Shown here: positions 1-13,800 of the stretch, in pieces
Layout of the letters: every line of letters begins with the position of its first letter
Position numbering within the stretch: the stretch's first letter is position 1
Source: Lytechinus pictus
Lineage: Eukaryota
Direction: 5' to 3'
Assembly: GCF_037042905.1 (NCBI RefSeq)
Contig: NC_087245.1
Span: forward strand, 27,034,001-27,098,000
DNA: 64,000 nucleotides
Translations under genes and position numbers: made by a program
Notes under the pieces: generated by a model
What the model was told of the DNA's origin: nothing
What the model saw: only the letters and a program-made list of their open reading frames with translations
Database searches by the model: none

Positions 1-326
1 CTTAACCAGATTTTCCCCATATGAAACCCACATGGGACCCATATAAAAACACAGTATTGTTTTCATATGGGACCCAGATGGGCCATGTGGGGTTTACATG
101 GGTTTTATGTGGGCATGCCCACATTTAACCCACGTGAAACCCACTTGGCCTATATGGGGCCCATATGGGGATGACGGTGCAAACGGCATATAGGACCCAT
201 ATGGGTCATATGGGGCCCATACATTCCCATATGGGCCCCATATCTGTTGCACAAATGGGGCCCATATTGTTGCCCAGTTTTGCCCAGAATAATCCCACAT
301 GGGCCCCATATATTTTGCTGACTGGG
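1..326. repeat. Array of CCCATATGGG / GGGCCC palindromic motifs; probable right end of a non-autonomous DNA transposon (ends ...TGCTGACTGGG)
   Basis: Dense repeats of cccatatggg/gggcccat stop abruptly at GCTGACTGGG (326). The ORFs here are repeat artefacts. Confidence 0.6.
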
Positions 327-836
327 AAATGTTTCCCCAGAGAAGTTCATCGGTGAAATGGCCAGTATGAAAGCTAACCGGAGAACTTCTCCTCTTTAAT
401 GACGTCAGAGGTCAATTTCTTCCCACCCGAAATCCCATGTACCGAGATTCTGCGTGCAATAGTTGCAAGCTCAGCTGAATGCTATGTCCAAGTAGATACC
501 CTCGAAAATATAATTTTTTTTTTTTTACTAACAATATTTATTAAAAAGCACTTTTTAAATGTATAAAATGCACTAAAATTAAAAAACAAGTTAATATTGT
601 TTGTTTTGCTCACAATATTTCCAAAATATGTTTTAATTTAATTTTTTGACACCTTTTTGTAATCGGTAAGAAGTAATATTTACAATTTTCTTTCATTTGT
701 TCTGCACATGCTGAGAACAGACTTTAAAAGGGACTACTGTTTACTTGCCGTCATCCTGACAACTTTACTAGATCTCTATAGTTCATTAGGTGACAACAAT
801 TAATTAAAGGAAATAAAGACTCGTGGTGCGGCGGAA

Positions 837-1160
837 ATGCAGAATGAGGGCAGAGGCAGAGAGCAATGGAGCACTGAGGAGGAGTGTTGCTCCAAATTCG
901 AGCAGAGGAAGCCGTGATGGCTGCAATGGATAACCCATCAGCGAAGCTGTATGCCGACGTAGTGGGTAAGCTACGAGAAAAGGGCATCATCAAAGACAAA
1001 AAACATGTAATACAAAAACTAAAGTACTTGAAAAAGAAGCATCATGGGATGGTGGCCCATAATAATAAAAGTGGAAACAACAAGAAAATGATTCCAAACT
1101 CAGATTTGATGGAGTCAATCTGGGGGACGAGGGCGAGCAAGAAACCCTTGAACATTGTTG
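837..1160 (+). pseudogene. Myb/SANT-like (trihelix-type) DNA-binding ORF fragment, Harbinger accessory protein
   Basis: MQNEGRGREQWSTEEE, frameshift, then LLQIRAEE..LYADVVGKLREKG..KLKYLKKKH..NNKSGNNKK..LMESIWG. Confidence 0.7.
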
Positions 1161-1534
1161 TACAAATAAACACCATAGAACAAGAAAATTGTGGACTAGT
1201 ACAGCGTGTGCCAATAAAAATTGGCACATTATTTTTATCTCAGCCGATAGGAAATACTGCAACAAATCAATCTATTGGGAAAGCAAGAATGATCTCTCAA
1301 TTATTTTCACTGTTTTAAAGCACTTATGATCGTTTTAATCTACAATTCCTCAGCTTCCCCCACTACTCCAGCAAGCCCAATGTAAAACTGTGTGTGTGTG
1401 TTGTGACAAATTATACTACATTCTTTGGCTGAATTGTGAATTTTGATTATTATTAAAAAACGGATTCATGGATACTATGAAATTTGGTAGATGTCTATTG
1501 TGCACTATTTTCATAAAGATCTGAAAAAATCCAG

Positions 1535-1975
1535 TTGAAAGAGACAGCCTGTACAATCTGGCAGGATATTGTTTGCACAGCATCAAACGTAAACGAAAAA
1601 ACATGCGTCATGTGTATGAATGCTGTGACAAGAGGACCAGATGAGGAGATTCACCAAGCATCAGAACTCAGTTGGCTGAAAGAATACAAGACAGGTTGTC
1701 TCATGCAAATCTCGTCTAAAGCTTACGACATGCTCCTAAATGTTGAGTTAATGTTTCGCCGTTTACAGAGCACATTGACAGAAAACACAAATGTCAGGAC
1801 CCGTCTAGTGGCCGAAGCAGAGTTCTGCAACAGGAATGTCGACCTGCCAACCTGTCATGACATCAAATCAAAACTGTTGAGCAAGTTCATCAATGCCCGC
1901 TTGCACTTTTACTGCAGGAAGAAGAATGTGGAACTGAAGGCAGAGTTGGCAAAAAACAAAAAAGGTGGTGAATTT
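1535..1975 (+). pseudogene. C-terminal fragment of a P-element (THAP9-like) transposase
   Basis: CxxC...LKEYKTGCLMQIS..ELMF...PTCHDIKSKLLSKFINARLHFY resembles the P-transposase C-terminal Zn-binding region. Confidence 0.6.
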
Positions 1976-2580
1976 TTTGCAAATATTACGAATATTATGG
2001 TATGGAATCGGGCTGGTATTGGTGGTAAAACTAAAAAGGTACAGGGGCCTAGGTAACGCAAGTATGGGCCGGCCACCAGTACAGTGCACGCATTAAGGCG
2101 CATGTGTACATAGATCTACATGTACATCATTACATGACGTTAAAAAACCCTCAAAAAACTGAAACCAATTGCAATTCCTGACTGCCTGACGTGCATGTAC
2201 AAACTCATAACCTTCACTACGTGTACTACTACTAGTGGTATACCCTAGACTTTTTCCTAGCTCCATGATCGATTTTGGTAACAATTATTATAGGCCTAGA
2301 CCTATGGCTATAGAATCTAGGGTAACGCGCCCAGTATTCGGTCACCTCCCGGTATTCGGTCAGACAGCTGTTGTAACAGCTGTCAAAAACTCATGCATAA
2401 TGCATGAGCAAAAAAACTTTCACCAATCACGCACCATAACGGCACCTTCAAACTATCTCAAAACTGACGTCGGTCAAGAGGAGGGAAGTGTTCAGAACGT
2501 ACCTGAAATTGGACTGCATCGGGTGAGTTTTATTCACTTCCGGGTTTCTTAGCAATTGAGTTAACGTACATAGCCTTATG

Positions 2581-3962
2581 GGCCCGAATTCTCAAAGGGT
2601 GGCTAACTTAGCCCGTGCTAACTTAGCCCACTGGGCTAACTATCCCCCGTGGGCTAATTTAGCCCACCGAGCATTTCTCAAAGCGTGGGCTAGTTAGCAC
2701 CCCCGGTTAACTTAGCCCACTGGGCTAAATATTTAGCACAGTGGGCTAAATCATGAACTGAAGCTAGCAAACTATTATCAACATCATACAACTGTACTGA
2801 GCATGCTCAGTACAGTTTTGATGCTTGCAGTGCAGTGTGCAGTACCCACATAGCAACAAGATGGAGGGTAAAGGTAGATGTGCCAACTGGCAACTGGCTG
2901 AAGTCAACCACCTCCTCGAACTTGTGCATGACAATGCCGCGATATTTTCAAATAAGTGTTCGGACATTAACACAAACAAAAAGAGAACAGCTGCGTGGGA
3001 GGCGGTGAGAGCCAGCTTTGATCACAGGTTCGGTCAAAAGTATACTCTACAACAGATAAAAGAAAAATGGAAAAAGATGCGGGTCACCGCCAAGAAAGAG
3101 TACAGCGAATGGAGTAGGAGCTGTAAAAAAACTGGAGGTGGTCCTCCTCCACAGCTAAGTGAGTCCACGAAGATGATACAGGAGATTGTACCAGCAGATT
3201 TTGTGCAACTTGTCAATCCCTACGATGATGACGTTGGTACAAATGATCGAGCAATAACTGCTTTGGAATTTCTGGCAAGAGGAAGAGGGAATCAAGTTGA
3301 GGAAGACGACGAAGTCGAAGACGTCGACGAAGTTCACCTTACTTTCCAGTGAGTTAAAAAACTACTTCTTATTTAATTAAAAAATAACTACATTCAAAAT
3401 TTCATGACTTGACGGGCTCTCTTCGACACAAATATGTATATACGGGACTACGAGAAATTATCATCGTGCTCGTGGCGACGATTAAATGGTCTTTCCGCAA
3501 CATCAATTTTCAACTAATATTCTGATGCATTGAATAAGCACATATATGAAAAACAAATTCAACATGTAAATCAATAACTATCGAACTCTTATGTGAGCGT
3601 AATTTACTTACGATTTCGTATGAAAATTTGAAGAAACACGCACAATCTCCACTACTTTGCAGCAGCGATAAAACACTTCTACAAGCACTTTTTTGGCGGC
3701 AATTACTCGCGAAGAGAAATTACTACGATTCTGTTTTCTGATTGGTCAAAATCGGCGGGCTAATTTAGCCCACGATTTAGCCCATGGCCAAAGGGGTGGC
3801 TAAATTTGTGACGTCAAATGACGCGATTTAGCCCACGATTTAGCCCGGGCTAAGTTAGCCGAGCTTCGAGAAATGCAAAATTTAGCACCATGGGCTAAAT
3901 GACGTCAAATGACGCGATTTAGCAACATGGGCTAAGTTAGCCACCCTTCGAGAATTTGGGCC
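2581..3962 (+). mobile_element. Non-autonomous PIF/Harbinger element retaining only the Myb/SANT ORF
   Basis: TIR GGCCC(G/A)AATTCTC(A/G)AAGGGTGGCTAACTTAGCCC at both ends. 3-bp TSD ATG (2578-2580 and 3963-3965). Many subterminal TTAGCCC repeats. Confidence 0.9.
2861..3348 (+). CDS. Myb/SANT-like DNA-binding protein (MSANTD/NAIF1-like), first exon of the Harbinger accessory ORF
   Basis: MEGKGRCANWQLAEVNHLLELV..KKRTAAWEAV..QQIKEKWKKM..KKTGGGPPP, ending at donor CA|GTGAGT. No downstream exon seen. Confidence 0.75.
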
Positions 3963-5396
3963 ATGTAGACTCCTGTTACGTAATAACGCTGTGTGTAGGT
4001 GCAATGAATTTGGTACGAGTGTGAAGGGGAGATCTTGTGTGTTCACCCTGTCGCAGCGAATTTGCAAATGGCGCTGAAATCGAGGAGCAACGGGGTATAT
4101 ACTTTACCCTTACCATGAGAGGGCGCTCGACCAAAATTCGGTCGGGCAACATCGAGTGTCTTGCCGGCGTGTTTGTGACGAGGGAGGAGCGTGCAAAGAC
4201 GCATTGCTCCTCGCAAGTGAAACACTTTTCTTAATTCATTTTCTTTCTCAAATGATATGTTAGGCCTACATAAGTTTAGAATAAATCTACAATTATTTTT
4301 ATGAATAAAAATCTTAAAAACATAGATGTTTATTTCCTATGAAAATGCAATTTGAGTTGGTGAATGACAAAGGTGACGATGTTGACGATGGCGACGATCT
4401 TGATCAAGGCTCATTTTTGATTGCCTTTGCGTGATCGAGTTGAAATCTTAATGATTTCCTCTTAGGTCTATCTCAATAGTTTAGATGCTTTCATAATTAT
4501 TCTCAACTACATTATTATTATTTTAATTAATATATCAGGCCCAAGTCCAGGGGGCGGAGCCCCACCCCCTCCCCCCCCCAAAAAAAAAATTATAAAGGCT
4601 ATCCCACGATAGTATTTTTAAAATGACGTTATTGGTTGGTCAAATGCCAGAAAATTGCACCCCCCCCCTTACTGAGAGCAATTTTGCCCGCCCCTTACAT
4701 AATGTCTTGGATCCGCGGCTGGTTAGTTTTATTTTATTTTTCATTTAAAACAAAGGGGTTTAAATTAACATTATCATTATCGTCATCATTGCTAAAATTA
4801 TCAGTCGAAACTGGATTACAATGTTGGCGAATTTGGTTGATATTTTATGTTTCCTGCTGTGAATTCAGATGGAATGTTCAATAAGTTAAAGTGGTTTATA
4901 CATTGGATGAAATTTCCCCTTCTCTAATAATTCTTAATTCTTTGAGTTCATACTTAACCAAGATACTGTAATATTATTTGATGAACGGTGCACAAGTTGA
5001 CGAATATTGTGTAAATTGATATGAAACTATACATCAATGATCATACACAAAGATTGATGATTATCATGTTAAGCCTATGAGAACCGATTTTCATGACAAC
5101 AATCTTACTTGCCACATAAGAAAAGTAATGTTTTTAATGAACATGAGAAACTATGCCTACACCAGATTAAACATCCCAGGGCTACTGGGTTATATTTAAT
5201 GGGAAATTCCAAGTGTGTGTGGGGGAGGGGGGGGGGCATTCTCCTTTCTTGGGGAAGATTTTATAACATTACATTCCCAAGAGTATACGTATTGTAGTTC
5301 AAAAGAATTATACCCTTTTGAAAACTTATTTCCATTTTTCAACAAATATTAATTCATCAATTTCAATGATTTTTTTATATATATATAGATATCATA

Positions 5397-8144
5397 ATGC
5401 CTTACAGACGATATAGCCAACAACAGGTAGAAGATGCGGTGAAAAGAACCAGGGTCGACAAGATGTCAATAAGAAGGGCATCACAGTTATATGGGATACC
5501 TTCATCGACGCTTGGGGATAAAGTAAGTTGGTCTACACTTTCTTTTTTACTTAACCAACCCTTAAACTAAAAAAAAAATATCAATCAGCAATTTCCCTCA
5601 TATGCTGTGTAATTCAAATGTTCTAATTTCTCCTTACCCGTTTCTCCACAGATCGCTGGGAGGACACCAATTAAGTCCACACAAGGACCAAGTCCATACC
5701 TGTCAGTTGCCAAGGAGGCGAAATTGGCGGCCTGGGCGAAGAAGATGGCAACACTTGGGTTCGGGCTGAACAGGCTCGAGTTACAGCAGGTGAGCCAAAA
5801 TTATTCGTGGGTCTAGTCTTTCTTGTTTCTTTTTTTTCCTCTCTTAATTTTTTTCTTGATCACTTTCACGCGTTTTAAAGGACCATTGATGTAAAGGAAA
5901 TAAAATACTTATAATCATAACGAGAGCAGTAGTTTGTGTTTTTATTATGTTACCAGAAATTGTGATGTTGTAGGAAGTTGCAATAAAACGATGAATGGGT
6001 GTGAAAAGGAAAGTGTAAGAAAATGAGATATAGGCCAACATGATAAAGGAAATTATGAGGTATATTCCTTTCTCCCTTTCTTCATTGCTCCAAATTTTGA
6101 TAGACTGCTGGGAAGATGGCCCTCGAGGCCAACATACAAGCCCCCTTTAAAGGGATGGTCCGGGCTGCAAGTATGTAAAGCTTAATAAATAGAGTAGAAG
6201 TCACTGAGCAAAATGCCGAAAATTTCATCAAAATCGGATAACAAATAATTAAGTTATTGAATTTTAAAGTTTAGCAATATTTTGTGAAAACAGTCGTCAT
6301 GAATATTCATTAGGTGGGCTGATGATGTCACATCTCCACTTGTTCTTTTGTATTTTATTATATGAAATTAGGTTTATTCAAATTTTTTCCTCCAAGAACT
6401 AGAAAAATTGGATTGACAACTGATTTAGTGCATTAGATATTTATTGCTGCAACTTATTTCATTATAAGGGAGACATATTATTCACACAAGTATGAAATAA
6501 TTAAAAAAATAGGATTTTATGTAATAACATAAGAGAACAGAAAGTGGAGATGTGACATCATCAGCCCACCTAATGAATATTCATGATGACTGTTTTCACA
6601 AAATATTGCTAAACTTTAAACTTCAATAACTTAATTATTTGTTATCCGATTTTGATGAAATTTTCGGCATTTTGCTCAGTAAATTCTACTCTATGTATTA
6701 AGATATAAATACTTTCAGCCCGGACCATCCCTTTAAGGATGGGACCCCAGGAGAAAAGTGGTTGAGGGGGTTCTTCCGTCGGCACCCGGAGTTGTCTGAG
6801 CGGAAACCAGAGCTGCTAGGAGGGGAAAGAGCGGTAGTTACCACCCATAAGATGGACAGGTTTTTCGAAGATCTTCAAAAATACCTTGAGGGCGAGGGCT
6901 GCGCATCAATCCTTACGTCGCCACAACGGATCTTCAACTGCGATGAGACGGGGTTCCCGCTCTCTGGGAAACCATGTCGCGTCATAGCGACCAAGGGCAG
7001 TCGGACGGTGAGCGCCGTCAGATCAAGTAACAAGTCACAAGTAACAGTGTTAGCAACAATATCAGCGTCAGGTGACGCACTGCCACCGACAATTGTTCTG
7101 GGTGGACAAAGGTTCAAGGAGAACCCCATGGAGGGTGCCCCCGTCGGCTCATATCTGGGTCGGAGTGAAAATGGATGGATGGACTCAGAGGTCTTCTACG
7201 AGTTTGTCGCCAATAGTTTCGTGCCCTACATTGAAAAAAATAACATCCCCAAACCCGTCCTCCTTCTCGTAGATGGCCACAGTAGCCACGTTAATTACCA
7301 CGTCGGAAAGTTATGTAACACTTCCGGTGTGGTGCTGTACCCCTTGCCTGCCCATGCTAGCCACATCGTACAGCCGTGCGACGTGTCTTTCTTTAAGCCC
7401 CTCAAGGCTGCGTGGGCAAAGGCCGAGAGGAAGTTCCGACAGGAACACTGGGGCCAATTTGTCACCAAGTACACATTCGCAAGTGTATTCCGAGGCCCAT
7501 GGGACGCCACCGCCCAAAGGAGGGAGCTTATACAGACAGCCTTCAGAGCGACTGGGATTTTCCCGTTTACTGGGCAGTACTCGAGGGAGAAGCTTGCTCC
7601 TTCAACAGTGTACGTCGTGGAAGCACAGGATGGTAGAGAAGCAAATGTCCCTGGTCCATCGGGTGATGCCCCTTCAGCATCAACAACTACAGATGTGTCA
7701 GAGGGCCTGGCCCTTGAGAAGCACCTGCTTTTTCTGGTCATTCCAAAAAAGAAATCCGGGAAACGATCAAAGGAGAATATGCCTAAGTGCATTAGTAGTG
7801 AGGCCTACCTCAAAGTCTTGGAAGACAAACAAGCAGCAAAAGAAGAGGAAGAAGAAAGGAAAAGAAAGAGGAAAGAGGAGCAGGAAGCTAAGAAGAAAGA
7901 GAAGGCAGATGGAAAGAAAGGCGGAAAGAAGAAGCAGAAGACGAAGAATGTAGAAGATGTTGATGTCGAAGAGGTAGATGAGAATGTTTGCCAGGAATGC
8001 GAAGGGGAATACAATGATAACCCTGAGGATTGGGTAGGGTGTAACTTTCGCCCAAGGTGGTTGCACATCGTATGCTGCATGGGCTTGGATGGCCTTGACG
8101 ACGAAGAAATAGAAGCGCTCAACTTCAAATGTCATTTCTGTTAG
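5397..8144 (+). pseudogene. pogo-type transposase (HTH_psq + CENP-B HTH + DDE_1 + C-terminal PHD finger), 3 exons, interrupted by a MITE
   Basis: Exons 5397-5522 (MPYRRYSQ..SIRRASQLYGIPSSTLGDK), 5652-5789 and 6104-6150 + 6737-8144. Motifs NCDETG, LVDGHSSH, QPCDV. PHD CQEC..WVGC..WLH..C..CHFC. Confidence 0.9.
6151..6732. mobile_element. Fold-back MITE with TTAA target duplication (Kolobok-like)
   Basis: TTAA|AGGGATGGTCCGGGCTG ... CAGCCCGGACCATCCCT|TTAA with long inverted arms. Removing it restores the PFKDGTPG reading frame. Confidence 0.9.
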
Positions 8145-8167
8145 AGATAAAGATTATTTTATTACAT

Positions 8168-8596
8168 GGGCAATTCCACGGTTAGTAACGTTACATTTTT
8201 AGCAGATTTTGGTATTTCATCCTACTGTAATATCACCATCTATTCATTTCAAATCACAATAATGGTACAACATGTTCACACACCCTAGGTCTACAATACA
8301 AAAAAAATTAATGCAATTCAACCAATATTGCATGCGCCATCGTAACTTTTAATGTTGGTTAGTAACGTTACCAAAAAATTTATTTTGTATCGTTACTAAC
8401 CAACATTAAAATTTACCATGGCAACTGCAATATTGGTTGAATTGCATTAATTTTTTTTTGTATTGTAGACCTAGGGTGTGTGAACATGTTGTACCATTAT
8501 TGTGATTTGAAATGAATAGATGGTGATATTACAGTAGGATGAAATACCAAAATCTGCTAAAAATGTAACGTAATGTTACTAACCGTGGAATTGCCC
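8168..8596. mobile_element. Fold-back MITE with 4-bp TSD ACAT (Sola-like)
   Basis: TIR GGGCAATTCCACGGTTAGTAAC, arms ~200 bp, ACAT at 8164-8167 and 8597-8600. Confidence 0.8.
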
Positions 8597-9276
8597 ACAT
8601 AAAGATTATTACTTTGTCACCAGTATGTTTATCATCTGTTTTAGCCAATCTAATTCGAGGATTTCATGACGTCAATACAGACACAGCGATCATATTAAGT
8701 GCAACAAGATCCATGAAGTAGATATAATTTTTCATAAAATGTAGTTATTCTTTCCAAATTTGAGTGAGAGAAATTAAGATGAATTAGTCTTCAATGACTT
8801 CTTATATCACAATGTTTCAAGGAAACGGGACTCAAGTCATATAGTCCTATTAGGAATCTGACAGATTTCATATTCGCTTTTGACAGGTTCCCCCCCCCCC
8901 CCACCCCGAGAGAATAATTTTACAGTCCAGTAATAATTGTGTATATATTCTATTGTAATAATATACCCCCACTTTACCTTAAACAACATTTGCCGATAAC
9001 CCGTCACAAAAGTGGAATGTTAGGATGGAATATTTTAAAAAGAGATGTTTGATTTATAAAAGAAATTATATCGAAATTTCCTCTTCACTCTTCCTATATC
9101 GTAGGCCTACATGGATCTCAATAATCGAGCCGATCATTTCATTGTCAGAAATGAAAACAAATGTTAAATCACCCAAGAAAATAAAAAGAATATAATTGCA
9201 TATATTCTATATGCAATTGTGGAGCCCTGGTACTAATTATTACAACGAGAACCAGATCATTATGTTTGTCTTAAAT

Positions 9277-9870
9277 GATCACATATTATATCTCCGCTTC
9301 TACTGACATTGTTTATGTGAGATTTTTTATTTTGCAGTGCAATATTGATTTTTACATTCCATTGATTGTATTCATATCATTCTTTTTATCTAAATTTATT
9401 TATTGTAGACGGCTCAACAAGAAATTTGAATTTTGTTACGGAGTATATAGCATTGATTTCTTTCAATTTAGAAATGGTACGAAACTGATTTTATCTAACC
9501 TAAATGTATCAATACTACATTCATCTTGCCATTCATTTCGCTGAAATAACAATAATAAAAAAGAACACCTTGTCTTATATGATCAGATATTATATCTCCG
9601 CTTCTACTGACATTGTTTATGTGAGATTTTTATTTTGCAGTGCAATATTGATTTTTACATTCCATTGATTGTATTCATATAATTTTTTTAATCTAAATTT
9701 ATTTATTGTAGACGGCTCAACAAGAAATTTGAATTTTGTTACGGAGTATATAGCATTGATTTCTTTCAATTTAGAAATGGTACGAAACTGATTTTATCTA
9801 ACCTAAATGTATCAATACTACATTCATCTTGCCATTCATTTCACTGAAATAACAATAATAAAAAGAACAT
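9277..9870. repeat. ~300-bp tandem duplication in the pogo 3' region
   Basis: GATCA(C/G)ATATTATATCTCCGCTTC starts copies at 9277 and 9581; copies are near-identical. Confidence 0.9.
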
Positions 9871-10835
9871 CTTGCCTCCAAAGATGTTACAATAAAGTTT
9901 TAATAACATGTTGCCCATTCGACTCTTTGTCTGTATTGAGATGGACGAAAGCATTTGAATATGAATTGACTGGTTAAAAAACCCCACACAATCCCAAACA
10001 AACAAACAAACGAGCAAACACATGCATCTAAATGAAACAACAAACGGGTATTAAACCAATTAAGTTGGCATTTTATTACCTACACAACTAACAAAAAAAA
10101 ACCAAACAAACATCGGAAAACATAATAACGCAAAGCAAAATAAGTGATTGAAAGTAGAAAATTGAAAATCATAAACAAAGTAAAACAACACACAAAGGAT
10201 CTTTGCCTGTACAAGAAAGAAGAACAAAAAAGAGAAAAGTTATATTGGACATGTATTTTCATAGAATGAATAATGAAACATATATATATATATATTCAGT
10301 TTGCGTCATCACATTTTTCAAACCATATCGCGTTCAGTCTTCTTCCACTTGTTCTGTTATTTCAGGTGGATTAATTAGGTTTTATTATTATAATTTTTCT
10401 AAATAAAGCTTAAGAATGCATAATTAAGATGTGGAGATCACATAAAACAAATAAAAAAACAGTAAGCATAAGAGAAATTGTAATAGTTAACATCGGAGAT
10501 ACAGTGCATTACCGCGCGACCGAATTCTGGGCGGCGTAAGCGAATACTGGGCGGAAAACATCTCCTCCTTCTATCAGCGATATTTTGTTCAACATGATTT
10601 AATATTTTAAATGAGTTTGATAATCTTTTAGAGGACAACTTTTTCTTTCTCCTGGTTGGTGGATTTACAAATAAATGAGGTAGGTATTTATTTTATCGGC
10701 GATTTCCCCTTTAGTGACCGAATACTGGGCGCGTTACCATATACCTGATTAAAAGTATAAAGTGAGACTTGTACTCTAGTTAAAATCAAAGTGTAGCTCT
10801 ACATTAATGTTTTACTTCTATTTTGTCATATCCAG

Positions 10836-13800
10836 ATGCCAGAAATGGGTTCAAAACACAAGGAGACATGATGTTCTCAACAAAACTCCATAGTATTTGA
10901 ACACTAACTGTCGGTTATGTGCTGATCACTTTGACGAGGGCCAATTTACGATCAGAGGAGAGAGGAATCAACTGAAGTGGAATGCTATTCCCACAATCTT
11001 CAAAGTTCCCAATCCACCCAAGGGCTCACAGGCCTAACTCATTTCCCATAGACTCGCGTGTTAAAGTGGCACTTCAAAAGAATTCATAAAAAATAAGGAG
11101 GAAATTCGAGGGTTGAATGTTTACTACCAGTGGATAGGATAAATGTCTGACATTCCATATCTGACCAGAAAAGGGTACCTCGACCGGCTCATTTTAAAAA
11201 TAAATCAGCATTTATGAAGACTACACCTGATGGGACCAAATTCATCACTTGAGAGAGTAAAATGACCCTAATTCTTCCGCCAGCAAAAATATAGTTCCAT
11301 AGTGGTGATATATCTTTCCAATTTGGAAAAAGTAAGTTCAGTAGGTACCCTCCCTAGAATCAGTGTTAGATTGTCAGTCATATTCATTCATTTTTGTCAA
11401 TCAGCAATATCAAATTTAAAAATTGAGCAATGGGTTGGCTCGAATGAATATCTATGGCCTGCCAGTTGTGATTAAGCCCGTGCAACCTGTATTATATGGC
11501 ACATGAAGGTTTCTTTTTAATTTACCTTCCTGGCTTTTCTTTAACATCTGTACACTCATCACTTTATCACAAAGAAATGCATGAAATATACAGATGTGTT
11601 ATGTAATGACCAATTTTAATGTTACTCCTAATGTCTAGTGCCCTATGGATTTACACACATCCTACCTGCCTATATGTAGCTCAACAATTATGAATGCAAT
11701 GTAGGGCCCAACATCCTATAATGCAAAATTGTAGATATGCATAGTGTGCATATCTGGATGCAAGAACTGCCCACAATTATAAATACCAGATTCACATGAG
11801 TTAAATGAGATAACAATAAAAAGAAATGAGAATTAGCATACAAGCATACTATACATTCACATCTTCCTATGACAAGGGGTGTAATAACCCAGGGAGCTCC
11901 TGCCCGCAGCGGGCAGCGGGCGGGAGCCCAGGGGCTTACCGTGTATTTGACCATACTCACGGGACTAGCGTGATTTATGGTCTAAATATTTCTCCAAATG
12001 AATTGTGAAAACAGATATTATGCACTTACCACGATTATATGGATGAAGGTCTAACAAGTGGCAGTTTCCTGACATTGAGGCACAGACTGGAACCTCAAAA
12101 AAACGAAAAGTTCTCTCCTACCCCAGTCTCGATCTGCCATTTTTGTTATGAATCATATGAGGTAGTAAATTGGTGGTAATACAAGGACTAAGAAAGATGT
12201 AAAAAATATATAAACTGCTTTTTTATTTAATGAAACTATGAATATGATATACTATTTTCATCAGACTATATATTTTCTAATATTGTGACATTAGGGTATG
12301 AGTTTTAGAATTTGATTTAATGGAAGTGTAAAACACTTTAAATGTGGTAAAATGTTTGAGTAAGGAAAATATCAAATTGCATCCAGTTGTCCATGGAAAA
12401 TATAAATGTTAGGCATAAAAATAAACATTCATTTTTCTATCCTATTTGCAGTAATCAACTCCATCCTGCTGGACCACTCATACTGCCAGACTTTGGACGG
12501 TGTGAATGATGCAAGATGTGACAGTCCCGCCTCCTGTCAGTCATCTCCTGGGTACTCAAGGAGCAGCGGTACACCAAAAGGAAAAGGAACCAGTGCACCG
12601 AAGGGCAATGGGAGTGGTACACCGAAGGGAAAAGGGAGTGGTACACCGAACGGAAAAGGGAGCAGTACACCAAGGGGAAAGGAAAGTAAACTACTTAGAA
12701 AAGAACGCCTTCGAACATTTTGTTTGAAGAAGAGGGTGGAACACTTGAAACACTTGATGAATAAGGCAGCAAGTGAATTCCATTCCATGGAAGACTTAAT
12801 AAAGGGAGCAAGTGAATATCTTGACAACACTTCCCTCTCATTCTTTGCTTAACAGCTACATAACTCGTCCAAGCGCCGTAAAATCCCGAGGAAGGCGATG
12901 GACACACTCAGACAAAATTGTGGCTCTTTCTCTGTATCACCAAAGTCCACGTGCGTATCAGTTCTGCCAACGAGTGTTCACTCTACCCTCGGTTCCATCA
13001 TTGAGACGTTGGGTTAGCAGTATTGAAGTGCGTCCAGGTTTCTCACCCGGGTTATGGAATTGCTGCGGGATAAAGTTGCAGCAATGCCAGAGAAAGACAG
13101 ACTTTGCGTGATATCATTTGATGAGATGAGTCTGAGGTCAGGGCTGTCCTACAACATAACTGAGGATGCTGTAGAGGGTTTCGAGGATTTTGGCTCGCTA
13201 GGAAAAACTGGACGGCCAGCAAATCATGCCCTGGTATTCATGGTTCGAGGCTTTGTGGGGAAATGGAAGCAGGCTGTTGGCTATTTTCTTGCCTGTGATG
13301 CAACTCCAGCTTCCGAACTAGAGCCTCTCCTGAAGGAGTGCTTACTAAAGCTAACAGTCATTGGAATACGCCCTAAAGTTGTCGTTCGTGACCAAGGGTC
13401 AAGTAATGTGCAGCTGTACGAAAAGCTGGGAGTTAGCTGTGAGCATCCTTTCTTCTTGAATGATGGTGAGAAAGACTATTGCTTGCATGATCCCCCACAT
13501 CTTCTCAAGAACACCAGGACAAATATGGAGAAATACGTCTTCAGAGATGACAGTAGTGACACTCCAAAGCACATAAGCTGGTCACATATAAGACAATTCT
13601 ATGAGTTTGACTCCCAGCTGCTAATCAGGAAGGCTCCAAAGTTAACAAAGTCGCACTTTGACCTGAACAGCTTTTCTAAGATGAGAGTAAATAAGGCGGC
13701 TCAGGTCCTTAGTCATTCTGTTGCAGCTGGTGTCTATACATATGCTGCACTTGGAAAGCTTCCCAGGGAAGCCATCAACACTGCAGAATTTGTGGAGATG

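Larger units (their letters stand above)
2320..10739 (+). mobile_element. Full-length pogo/Tigger-type (Tc1/mariner superfamily) DNA transposon with nested insertions
   Basis: 25-bp TIR GGTAACGCGCCCAGTATTCGGTCAC at 2321-2345, inverted at 10714-10738. TA on both flanks. Subterminal copies of the motif at ~2351 and 10512-10555. Internal transposase gene. Confidence 0.9.

Noticed and set aside
94..356. Three overlapping short ORFs
   Set aside because: Products of the CCCATATGGG repeat.
1997..2052. First exon of the THAP gene
   Set aside because: Splice phase fits, but the peptide (MVWNRAGIGGKTKK) lacks the THAP CxxxxC motif.
6875..8135. Minus-strand and alternate-frame ORFs over the pogo gene
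   Set aside because: Shadows of the transposase; no independent motifs.
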